NCBI GenBank assembly: GCA_900088475.1
Contig: FLMG01000335.1
Coordinates: 62,001 to 126,000 of the forward strand
DNA: 64,000 nt
Direction of reading: 5' to 3'
Origin: Hyphochytrium catenoides
Taxonomy: Eukaryota > Protista > Hyphochytriomycota
The notes beneath the pieces are model-generated. The model saw only the letters and a program-made list of their open reading frames with translations, made no database searches and was not told where the DNA came from. Below are positions 12,835-25,000 of this stretch, piece after piece (positions within the stretch are counted from its first letter, which is position 1; every line of letters starts with the position of its first letter). Both the position numbers and the translations under genes were made by a program.

Positions 12835-15800
12835 CTACATAAAGCCAAGTTGGTCTCCGATCTCACTGATAAGTTCTCCAGGGAGCCCTGCAGTATTGAC
12901 AGCCTCCATAAGGGCTGGGTTTCTCTTTACGAGAGTGAGGCAAACGTCTCTTAATGAGTCAGGCTGACGAGGCCCACAGAGTACAACCGTACAATTGTTA
13001 CCACCAGCCACCTGAAAGGAGCAGAGTCACCGGGTGAATTCATTTAGCGATAGGCGTAAACAAGAGGAGGTCATGTGACAACTCACTAGCAAGATCGATG
13101 GATCTTTGTGGTGCTTTGTATGCCAAGATCAAAAGAGCGCGAGATAGGAGTAGAAGCGTCATCGAGCTACCTGTTTAACCCTCCGCCTGCTATCTTTCAG
13201 GTCTCTAACCAGACGTGGTAGATGCTCATTGGCTGTATTGCCATGACCTAATTGCCCACTCTGACCATTGCCAAATGTATAGACCTCACCATTTTCTGGG
13301 AGGAAGTTCAGGTTAGGCCGTATAGGGGTTGAAGGAATGGCTTAAGAGCAACGATCCTCACCAAGTAGAGCTGCTGTGTGTTCTCCCCCGCAGGCGAGCT
13401 GTACCACGTGGCGCCCGACCAGTGCTTCAACTCTGGTAAAGGTACTCTGCACAGAGCAGTATTCAGTTAGGTTTGCGCCATTTTGTACTTAGACGGAGTG
13501 GTGTGAGCTACAGTGCCCGTTCTCCTTCCTCCACACGTCCCTCCAACTCCCTGTAGCTCCTGCTGGCTCCCTTGTTGTGTCGGTCTCGAGCCTCGACCTG
13601 TCATAGTGTCTTGCCTCTACCTGGAATGGATGCCCCCTTTCATTCCTAGGGAAGTTGGCAGGGTCTCCGAGACCGAGTTGGCCCTGCAGATTCCTCCCAC
13701 ACGTGTAAATATGCCCACCACGGGTCAAAGCGGCACTGTGGCCCCAGCCAGCTACGACCTGACATACACCCTTGCCCCTCAACGACTCAACGAGCTATCG
13801 TCAAGGAGGGGCATGAAGCTCATCAGTACTCATTTGGGCTAGCGATTTGTTGAAAAGCTCAGATGGTGAGCGCGCCAAAAATAAGGTGAGAGGAAGAACA
13901 TCCTCAAGAACAAAGAGCAACTGGGAACGCGAGGGAGTGCTAAGGATGGGTACCATACGCCGATGGTTCACTAGTACGCTCTCTTACCCTTGGTGTAGGC
14001 AGAAAGAAGGCCCCGTCTCTGTTGCGGGGAACAATATCAGAGTTCTTATAGCCCAGTTGACCGACGCGATTGTGGCCCCAAGTGTATACGTCTCCCTCCT
14101 CAGTTAGTGCCATTGTATGGTATCCACCGGGGCCGACGCTTACTTGGACCACACGGCTCTCTCCAAAAGCATCAAGAAGAGTAGGCACAAGGACGTCTTC
14201 GTAGAGACCGTGACCCGTGTACTCGTACTGGTCACACAAGCAATTTTGTTATATAGCAGAACCCCAAGGCAGGATGGAAGGCGAGACAAACAAGATGTCA
14301 AACAAACACATTAAAGAAGCTATTCTACATAATGGGCTCCTCTACCTTGCCAAAAGAATAAATATGGGAATCATCCGTCAATATACAGGTATGGACGGAG
14401 CCCGCAAAAACTTGGCGCACTCTTTTGCCATCAAGCGACCCAATCTGGGAATACAAGGAAAAAAGTGAGGGGAGATAGCATGTTTTTGCTTGGTTGGCAA
14501 TTCTTGCGGCTCTACGTGGGTTGCTCCTTCCAGGACCTTACTAGGCATGACTGTTCAGCTACCTACCTTCACTGGAGTGTGTACATCCCTAATGTCGCCG
14601 GTGCCAAGCCTGCCATTTTCCCCTGCTCCCCATACATACAATTCACCTGCACACATTAATAAGAATCCTGATGGGTAGCACTTACATGGTCTCCGACACC
14701 TTACCTCCCTTTGACACTGCCGCCGTGTATGCAAAGCCGCATGCAACTTGCATACAGTCAACCTAAAGGAAAGGCGGCAGCGATATGATGATTAACGGGA
14801 ATCGATGGGTTATAATCGCAAAGTAGGACGCTTATCCCAACATTCTGGGAGTCCACCCCAGCAATACAGAGCGGCGTTAACAAGGGGTAGAGAGGATCAG
14901 GGTAGAACACCTACGTTAGACAGCGCCTGGATCTTTTTCGGTATCAGAACGTCATTAGCGTTACCGTGTCCCAGTCTCCCGAAGCCACCCCTTCCCCAGG
15001 AGTATATCTCGCCATAATCAGTGAGTACAGCAGCATGCTGGCCTCCACAGGACACCTAGAAATGCAAGAGTAAGTTCACCTAAAAGTTGAAATGGTTGAT
15101 ATGGATAAAGGCAAGGAGGGCAGTCAGGACCTGTGTGACGTGGAGCCCTAAGAGACTCTCCATCATAGTGGGATTCACATTCTTCGTGGTTTCTTTATCT
15201 TCTACGGTCCCCATCACGTAGACAACCTGCCAGCGATATCTTGTATAAGTGGGGTGAAGTTCGAGGTGACTTGTTGAGGTTTGGCGATTGCAAGGATATG
15301 CAGGCATGTCCACTTTATCAGATCCATGTGTACAATCTTACTCTATTCGGGTCCACAGCACTTTGAAAGCTCTGATATAAACTCCGACCCTCTTGGCAAA
15401 AGGCTAGATAACGCTCCAAATCCACCCAGTGATCCTCACTGAGCTCAGGTTAGAACAGTTCGACACAGTACAGGACCAGCTTTGACGCACAGGAGAGGGT
15501 ATAAGGAGATCTAAAGCGCAATTCCTAACTTCGTTCTTAATTGGCAAATGAGTCATAGAGAACTAGCGAAAAAGGAGGGAGGGACGCAAAGAATCAAAAG
15601 ATGGTACAGACCTTACGCTCTTGGTGATAATAACAGCCTTGAATTTTTCCATTACGGGAGGTACCTGCACTCCGTACTCTAATGTGAAAGCTTCGGCGAA
15701 GTCATTCCATGAGACTTTAAGAGGCATCTGCAGCGATTGAAAGGAGAAAGATCTTAGATTGAGAGCACACACAAGTGAAGAAGCGAAAGCTGCTCCTTTT

Positions 15801-16768
15801 CCTCCCAAATCGGGGATGGACTTAGGTAAGACGCGAGTAGAAGCAGATCCATTTGCCAGACATGCTTATTGCTTATAGCTCGGTGCCATGAGTGACAATC
15901 CAGACCTGTTTTCCAAGCCGCTTCAGCCAAAATCCCAGTGTGGCTGAGCGGGTTAATAGTGCATCTCGTCCTTGAAAGAGTGGGCTTAGCTGTCTGTAAG
16001 CCTCTGTTGGAGAGGAAAGAATCCATTGTCCCATTTCCTAGAGAGATCGAGTTGGCGGACAGAACCACGGTGAGGGTAGGGCAAATTGTGAGTGTCAGTG
16101 CTTCGTACTTCCACGACCTTTCCTTCCAATTTACCTTCAGAGTGCCAACCTCACTTCCATATATTGACTCTTTGTATATTCCTGTTGCAGACGCCACCTT
16201 AGTTTACAGAGAGAAGAGCACAATAATAAAGCGCAGTACTAAGCAACGTGTGAAGAAGGGTGAGGAGCAGTGTGTTCGGCCCAAAGCAAGCATCGGTGCT
16301 GCCTTGACACTTCAGCTCTAGGATAGTAGACCAAGATTTTTGTCTACCAAATGGCATTGATTGGTACTATGCGAGTATAAAGGAAAAGCTTCTCCACCCT
16401 ACCGAAATAGTTAGGTACATGTTCCGCGTTGTCCTGCAACAATCTGACTACAGTCAACAGAATGTTCTCCAGCAAGCCAAAGATAAACGAGAGATCTGAA
16501 GGTAGCGGGAGTTCGAAAGAACTACCGAGAGGCAGTGTCCCTGAGCAGTACGACAGGACCTAATATGGTTTGAAATGTAAGCCATTTCTGCGCCAACTTC
16601 CTAAAGCTTCATATAATGCATCCAACAGCTTGCTTCTGCCCTATTGCTGGTCCTTACCTTACGAACTAGAGCTGAGAGGCCAGGGATGTCCAGAGCGCCC
16701 GAGGGGTTCTTCTCAATGAGCTCCAGAATAGCAACAGAGTGCTTGATCAAGCGCTTAGTCTGAGCCAT
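12835..16768 (-). CDS. RCC1-repeat beta-propeller protein with N-terminal Cbl-EF-like region and C-terminal BC/SOCS-box-like motif (many exons)
   Basis: RCC1 blades: VSCGGQHAAVLTDYGEIYSWGRGGFGRLGHG, ELYVWGAGENGRLGTG, VSVGPGGYHTMALTEEGDVYTWGHNRVGQLG, VVAGWGHSAALTRGGHIYTCGRNLQGQLGLG, LACGGEHTAAL..GEVYTFGNGQSGQLGHG. Start MAQTKRLIKH at 16768. The last exon ends ...GDQLGFM* at 12835. Confidence 0.88.
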
Positions 16769-17665
16769 CCTAGCCCCTAGCCGAGTACCAAGAACCTTGA
16801 AACCCTCCCACCTTTCCCGTTGTGCTCCTAGAGCTGACGATGTTCAATAATATGCGAGCAACCCTAACGTCAGCAGCGACGTTTATCGCAACCTGGCTGC
16901 CTGCCCCTTCACCCTCTTGCGCTCAACCCGTGTGAGGTGTGATGACCTTGGGAAAGAGCTCTGAGATGTTTCTCAACTCAAGGATGGACCTGATCTTTTG
17001 CCTTCTGATGGCTGGGCTCGCCGGTGGCAGCGTTGGGAGCGGATCCGAGCAGCATCAGAAGCTGCAACGCTTTGCCGAGGCGAGTAACTGCGAACGCAGG
17101 TGGGAAACTCAGAATCGGACTTACCTCTACCCAATTCTCTACCCAAACCTATGCCGTGCTAGCGATTAGGAATTATTGCCCCGTAGAATATTCTTAGATT
17201 CTCAATAGATATTGTTATAGAGAGGCCTATTCTGTATCTTTATAACCTACGAAACTACAACACTTATGTATGACAGAAGCGTCCTGAACATACTCCTCCT
17301 ATCGTGTTCGCCCCGTCGTGCGTGCCACTTCTGACCTACCTAGCACCTGTTCGGCAGCACCAGGACCGCAACAGCAGCAGCGTGACGAGGCTCATAAGCA
17401 AGCAACCAGAGAAGATACCCTTGATGAGAACAGACCTTGCGGGTTGATCCTTCCCCTCATCAGGATCCAGAAAGGGAAGTGAGAACAGCAGGTAGCCATG
17501 GCGCCATGCCATATTAAAGGCTGTTCGGTACACTATCATGGTGAAATTTTCTGATCTCCCTCTCTCTTCGGCGGCGGAGAAGGAGGTGCATCGTATTAAC
17601 CAAATCTTTCAATGCGGTAACGATTTGTCAATGTTTGGTTGTTCTCAACGGCAATAATCGATACA

Positions 17666-19204
17666 TTAGCCGGCACCTCGCCGCTTCTCTTTCTTCATAG
17701 TTCGCTGCTTTGCTCGCTCTTTCCTGAGCTGTTCTTTAAGCTTTAGTTCCTTATTCCTCTGAACCTCCTTGTCATGTGCTGCCTTGGAAGCTTCACGCTA
17801 TGGGACAAGAACCATCGATCAGGGGTGCTTAAGGACGCAAGATGGAAGAGGGAGGTTTCTGCCAGTCCTCAAAGAGAGAATCGCTCTGGGGGAAGGCATT
17901 CGATGTGGTAGCGGAGAGATGACGTTCAAGGAGTAGGAAAGTGCAACGAAAGACCAGCACTAGTAGGCAAAGAGACGGGCAAACCTAGCGAGAAAGTGAA
18001 ACCAACCTGCGCCTTGAAAACTGCGGCACCTATCGCTCTATTCTGATTGAGGCCTAAACCCTCCCCATCCTCTTCCTCTTTCTATCATACCGATATAAGC
18101 ACAATAACAGGTCAGATGTGGCTTCAGATAAACAGTATGAGCTAGGTATAGTCCGCACCTCTTCTGAATAGACCAAGTTCCCATCCTCATCAAAGTTTGA
18201 TATTACATTGAAACCGTATTCGTTGAGCAGCCGCTCCCGCTGCTGAAGTTCAGCGCTTGACCTACGAAGAGTGACATGAGCAGGACATAAGATAAGAAGA
18301 TATTTCCCTCATGCCTATCTGTTTCTCTCCTTGTCCTTTACTTCTTCGTACGCCGCTCACTTCCCTCTGTTCCTCCCCAACTCTTCATCATCGTTCCCTC
18401 ATGCTTCGTCCTGCCTATAAGCATTGTGCTTCAATCTGTCTTCTCCATGGTAGCCTTTTCGATACAAGTTCTGAACCCTGGTTGCCTCTCTCTTATGCCT
18501 TCTGACAAACCAGCGATTCTTAAAGAATACTTCTGTCGCCATCCGCTTATCTCTACGTAAGCCCCAGTTCCCTCCCTTTAGCATCCATTGTTCACTGACC
18601 TCGCTTTCCTATTGTCAGACTCTAGTTTCTTTGCTAATAAAGCTTCTTCGCTCTCCTTGAGATCTTTTTCTAAAAGCTAGATAATGGCGTAAGAAGGCCA
18701 CAGAACAACGGTCAGAAGTCTAGCAGTCCAATAAAAAAAAGTGACAAAATGCAGACCTTCTGCTGGAGGATCTTCCTCTCTTGTTCTTCTTTCTCTCTTG
18801 TCTCTTTCTCCTCCCGAAGCTTCCTTTCCCATTCCTCAACCAGCTCGCCCTTAAAAGAGTCCGGAATGGCCTGAAATGGAAAAAACTAAGCCGTTATTGG
18901 GGAGTACGTACGTATATTGGAGATTGGTGGTCAGAGCCGGGAACCACCATCCGAAGACTATCCTGCACCGGCAAAGCTGCTGAAGATGTAGTGGAAAGGA
19001 AAGTGGGTTGAGCGCTTCAGGTCTGCATACCTCCTCAGCAGCTCCTGATAGGATGTCCATCACGGTCTGCGCTGTGTCTTCCACTGCACCTTCTTCATCC
19101 TGCAATAGTCCAGTAACGTATCCGGCGTACACCTCTGTGTCTAATGAGAAGCTCTCGAGTTTGGCCACAAGCCAATCCTCGAAGTTTGACTTGTGGTCAA
19201 CCAT
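17666..19204 (-). CDS. CCDC43: Coiled-coil domain-containing protein 43 (PWI-like N-terminus)
   Basis: N-terminus FEDWLVAKLESFSLDTEVYAGYVTGLLQDEE; middle RERLLNEYGF; C-terminus REASKAAHDKEVQRNKELKLKEQLRKERAKQRTMKKEKRRGAG*, matching the CCDC43 pattern. Confidence 0.82.
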
Positions 19205-19726
19205 GTTCTGCTAGCTATGAAGCTTTCACGTCAATGTTCCTAGAAAGCCTGCACAGACAGAAAATGCTTCTTGGTCCAGCCTTTACGTAGGCTGTCACAA
19301 CGAGGAGTGTTCTCTCCGTCCAACCTCCGTGTAACTGGGGAATTCCTCACACTGGACGGCGTGCGCGTCGATGGAATCGCACCGAAGGTCAAACTGGGGC
19401 ACCACTCAGCGCAAAGCCCTTTAGGAGGGAGCTCATGACGTCATCAACGAGGCCTTTGCAGAGAATGAGGTTTGAAGCTTGTGCCGGTGCTGCTGCTGCT
19501 TCAATGATGAAGTGATTGATCCTGTTGATGAGTGAGTGTTGTGCCGCTTGTTCACAAAGAGGCTAGTTGATGGTTCTCACCTGTGCCGAATATTTCGTCG
19601 AACATTTCTTTTTGGTCTGGGTTAACGTGCTACTGATAGGCCTTTCCAATGAAACGTTCATAGATGAAGCTTTGGAAACCTTCATCATATGACCACTAGC
19701 TCCAATAAAGAGAAAAGCTGCAGCTG

Positions 19727-19748
19727 GATGATGATGATGATGATGATG
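19727..19748. repeat. (GAT)n microsatellite
   Basis: About 7 perfect GAT units are visible. Confidence 0.85.
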
Positions 19749-22012
19749 TTAATGATGTCCAGGGCTTACAGAGTGGGAGAATAATTGACTCTCTCCTCGT
19801 CCTTTGTCCTTCGCTGCTCTTCTTTTCTTTTCTTATATCTAAGAACACTTTTGTTGAGGAGGAACAGAAGAAACCAGGAGGGCGATGATTGAGAAGACGA
19901 AGAAGAACTAAATGAGGACGAGGAGACCGCTTGTTGCGGTGACTAACTCTTGCTACTTCTTCATCAACAGCCCACATTATGATACCTCTCTGGGCGACCA
20001 ACTAATGGAAGAAAGATCACACTTCTTCCTCATTCTTTTTCAGCAGTGAAATCCAAGGAGGAGGAGAAAAGAAAAGGAAGTAGTAGCTCGCCAGATGAGG
20101 AGAAGGCGGTTTGACCTGAGGAGGAGGAGGATGGTGATGAGGATGATGATATGATATTTAGTGATTTGAACTAGGTAGATAGTCGTTCATGCATTATACT
20201 CAGCTACCAGCCGCTTCATCTGGGATAACAACCTACAGCTCGTATCAGTAAAGTTGTTCCTGCCACTGCCAGTATTTCTTCTTCTTGTGATAGGGCCTGG
20301 TTTCGTTGCGGCAAGTTCGGCTCTCCTTATTTAGCTCTCGCATAGTGGTGATCTTCCATGATGAGGAGGACGAAAACGCAATTCTTTTAGGGCCTTTCTG
20401 TCTTTGTTTGCTCTGACAATAAACATTTCTCCCGTTGTAGGATTGTTCGTTCAGGGCCAAGAGAAAGTAACTGGACATCCTCAGCACATCTCTGACGCAT
20501 GCAATGATAGACACTGTCCACGGCAAGCAGCCCCTATCCCGTCGTTCAATATTACCACCTCTTGTCGTTCATTACTTGGATCAATAATCCTCCTCCTGCC
20601 ATATATGCTTGATCTTGTCTTTGATGTTCGTTGCCTGCGTCTGATGAGAACTACTCTTTTTCGGGCGGGCCATTTCTTTGGCGACTCTAGCCGCTGCTGC
20701 TGGATGGAGTCATGGCTGGACTACCACCTAATAACGTCACCTTACCCAAAGGGTGTTAAACCGAAAGAGACTTGACTTACTGCTCCTACAAGTTGTGGCC
20801 CCTACCTCTCTTAATGCATGAAAGAAGACGAGGAGTTCCCGCAACTGATCATCTGGTATACACTAGAGTTCTCTCCAGGTCCTGTGTCGATGGTATCCTT
20901 ACCTTCTTCTTCTGTGCATCTACTAGATGGTGATGTCATCGGGCTCGTCTCCTCTCTCCTCTTCTGAAGTTACAAACGGTGGTAACGTACACAGTTCTTT
21001 GTGCTCACTCAAGAATATATATTTCAGAGCTGCTATCGGAGCTTTGTAGTAGACTCATCATCACGTCGTCTATCTTCCTGCGACACTCTCGCAGCAGCGC
21101 GACAAGAACATACACATAATATGCCAATAAATTGTGGCTGGACAATTGTTGGACTAACTAGGAAGCTAGTCACACTAATTCTTTCAAATAACGAGCTACC
21201 TGTTATTACTACCTAGCCCTATGACTGTAGAGGAGCTTCTCCCACAGTTAACAGTCTCTCTCGTTTGCATCATTCTCCGGAAGCCGTGATTGTTGGCTGT
21301 GCGTATGATAGACTACTCATTATTATAGTGACTCGTCACTCGTCATGTGACACGAAGAAGCTCGAAGATTCGTCACGGCGATAGAGCCTAGACCTTACTA
21401 ATAATAACTAGGGCATCCACCTTCATCATAGATACTACAGTGGCGCCGGTACAACTCGAGAGTTAGACCTCACAGCACGGTACACGTACAAACTACAGTT
21501 TTACAGTAGTACAGGTCTCCCTCTCATGTAGGGCCATGACAGATGACTCAGGCCATCCTAGTAGATTATTATCAACCCTATACTGATGATCAGTAGACTG
21601 TTATTATGATATGAAACCGCTCCTGCTATTCTCCCAAGAGTCGCGTCCGCCGACGCGCGCTATTGACGCCACCGAGCCGCGGCTATCGGGCTCGCTTATC
21701 GACTTCCGTCCGCACCAGGCATGCATCCCAAGATCTGTGAGCCTATGAGCGGCAGGTTTCCAGACCACTCAGAGCTTCTTTCACTCCTTATTTATTAGAT
21801 TCTGCTAGTTTAGCGCCCAACAGCCATCATCTAGCTTTCGATCACCGCTGCGTCGTTGCTGCTGCCAGTAAGTCAAAGGTCACAAGCAGCCAGTCAACAT
21901 ACGTGCATAGCTTTCCCCTATTCCCAGGGCCCGTAGAGAGCATCATTTTCTGCAGCCCTGTACTTGCACCTCAAAATTATGATTGGGCCATAGAGAGAAC
22001 GCAGTTGGAGCC

Positions 22013-25000
22013 ATGACAGAGGAAAGCAGTGGCGGTGGTGCCGCCATAGTGCCCCTGGGTGAGGCCCGTTATGAGTTCATTCGAACTCGTGTCGCCACCT
22101 GCTTCAAGAGTATCCCCTCTGCCAAGTTTAAGAAATGCTACGAAACTGAGGAGAACAGGTAGAGAGATTTTTCGGCGGCGCATACCTTGGGTTACTTCCC
22201 ATAGAGCCCTCGTTCTTTCCCTTTTAACTTGCTGCTTTTGCTATGTAGTGACGCTATCAAGGAGTTTCTTAATGAAGAAGAGATTTCATGCCTGTTCGTG
22301 GGAGGTGATAACATTCAGGCTACCACCAAAATAGACAAGAAGCTGCCTAAGGGAAAGACCATCTGCTTCATCAAGACAAGCAAGGAACCCATCACCAATA
22401 GCAACGTCTCACAACAGGTGCTGGTCCAGGAGTTGTCCCAGGATGGCCTCCAGCACCTAGAATTGCTTGTCCAAACGGTGTATCTGCCTATATTTTCCAA
22501 CCCTCTGAATCAAGAGTCATGGGGAGAAGTAGCTTCGAAAGAGATTACGGATCGCCTGCACAGCTTCCTAGCGAGCATCTCAATAGCACTGGGACACGTA
22601 CAGGTCTGTGTGCAGTTACTTTGCATGGGTCCTGCCTGTCTGGTGCCTCTTTCCTCTTGCTCTTTTATGTTTGTGCCCTGATGCATTTCCATCTCTTTGG
22701 AAGTCTATGCTGAGCGGCTATATTTAGATCGCTCATTCTTGCTTCGTCCATTTGACCTTAGTTGACAGAGGAGACTGTTTCATCTTCGTCTATACATTAC
22801 GATACCTGTCTGAAAAGAATTCATGCTTATGGCTTTACAGGGAAAAGCGTGTCTTCCTCTGCCACAGGTGGAGTTTGATGCAGGAAAGTCGAAAGACAAG
22901 AATCGCATCTCTGTCTTAGAGGGCTCCATTATCACGTGGACCAAACAGATCAAGAACGTATTGCGGCAAGACCCTGAGAGCCTTCTGAAGCAAGGAATGC
23001 ACCCAACGCCAGATGTCGAGATTGCCTTCTGGAAGTCAAAAGCAGCGAATCTCAACTCTATATTTGAGCAGCTACAGAGCGACAAAGTCCGGAAGATGCT
23101 CAGAGCCCTGGATGCGTCCAAGAGCACGTACTGCACAACCTTTGCACGGTTATGTAAGGAGGTTTTTGCAGCTCGTCTGGAGGCTAATGACAACGTAAAG
23201 TACTTGCGCACATTGGAGAGCTGGTTTCAGCGATTGAATGGAGAAGGAGAATTTGCACTAATGGTGGAGCTGTTCAAGCCAATGATGCACATTATCCTGC
23301 TCATTTGGAAGAATTCAAAGTACTATAACACTCCAACCCGACTAGCAGTCCTCATGCGGGAGATCTGCAACTCCCTTATCATGCGCGCCGTCAAGTACGT
23401 GAGCGGTAAGGAGATCTTCACCCTGATTGAGCAAGAGGAGGCAGGGACCGCTGTGGAGCAGCTAAAGACTGTTCTTCGCATATGCGGTATCTTCAAGAAT
23501 ACGTATCTTGAGTACAAGGCTACTGCTAATGCCGAGTGTCCGTCCAATCCCTGGCGTCTGCAGAACAACGCGCTTTTTGTCCGCCTGGACAGTTTTCTAG
23601 AACGCTGTCACGACATTTTGGACCTGACCCAGACCATCGTCCAGTTTGCTAAGCTGGCGAAGATAGAGGTAGGCGGAACCAAAGGAAAGACCTTGACTGC
23701 CAGCGTCCAGCAGATCTATCTAGACTTTCAGAACGCCGTGGCAATCTTCAAAAAAGTTAATTACGACGTTATGGACGTAGAGGCCAAAAGCTTTGACGAC
23801 GACTTTTACGGCTTCAGAAATCAGATCAAGGAGCTAGAACGGCGCTTGGGTTCTGTGCTTACCCAGGCATTCGATGACTGCGCCACGATATCTGGGAAGT
23901 TTAAGTTGCTAGATAGCTTTGAAGGGCTTCTCGATCGGCAAATCATCCAGGACGAGCTCGAAAAGAAGCATATTGCTCTGGTCAGCTCGTTCGGCAAAGA
24001 GCTGAAAAAAGTTCAAGAAATCTTCATCAAATGCCGGGACGCACCACCCGTTGCTAAAAATCTGCCTCCAATTGTTGGGGCACTTGCTTGGTGTCGAGGC
24101 CTCGTAGACCGCATTCGGGAGCCAATGAAAAAGCTGAAGCAATTGAATAAGACCATCATGGAGCGGGAGGAGACGAAGGAAATCTGCAACATCTATGCAA
24201 CCATTATGTCAAGCTTGCACGAGTTCGAGACTCAGAAGATTGAGGAATGGGGCAGGGACGTGGAGATGTCCTCTCAAGCTAAACTCAAGCTGTCTCTTCT
24301 GCAAAGGGACAGCCACACCCGCCTTCTGACGGTCAACTTTGATCCAGGGCTTGTGAAGCTACTTAGAGAGGTAAAATACTTTCTCCTACTCGCTGTCTCG
24401 GTGCCGGATGCCGCGCTCGAGATTTTCAAGCGCGCGGAGACATATCGCAGGGACACTGGCAACCTCGACATTATTGTGGACATGTATAACAACATGATGA
24501 CCTCACTTTTGCCAGTAGAGGAACCACTGATCAAGACATACCTGGACAACATCGACAAAATCGTCAACAGGGGCATTGAAACGCTGAATTGGAAGAGTCA
24601 GGGTCTTGATGAGTTCATCAAGGAGGCAATGGAATCTGTCAAAGCGGCAAATGCAATACTTACCATGCTGAAAAGCAACCTACAACATATGGAGAGCATC
24701 TTGCATTCGTGGACTCCGCCGATGCTGGAGAGGAGCAAAGCTAAAGCACTGTCAGTGGATGAGTTTGAAAAACACTTCAAGGCAACCAAGCTGGGCCGCT
24801 ACACCGCCATCAAGCAGGGTTCAGTAGAGATCCAGCAGTTCTTGAAGGAAAGCAACCGGGTCCTGAAGGTCTCCAACACCGCCCCCGATTGGATCTCTTA
24901 TGTGGAGTTTATAAGCAACGTGATGATAGAGGGTATTGCCAATGCAGTGAAAAGCTCACTGGCAAGTCTCTTAGATATCATCACAGGCAAAGGGCAAGAT

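Noticed and set aside
16939-17539. Short hydrophobic ORFs between the RCC1 gene and CCDC43
   Set aside because: Under 80 aa with no supporting motif; likely promoter or 3' UTR.
19385-19410. AAACTGGGGCACCACT resembling the RNase MRP 3' conserved region
   Set aside because: No matching GAAAGTCCCC P4 partner upstream.
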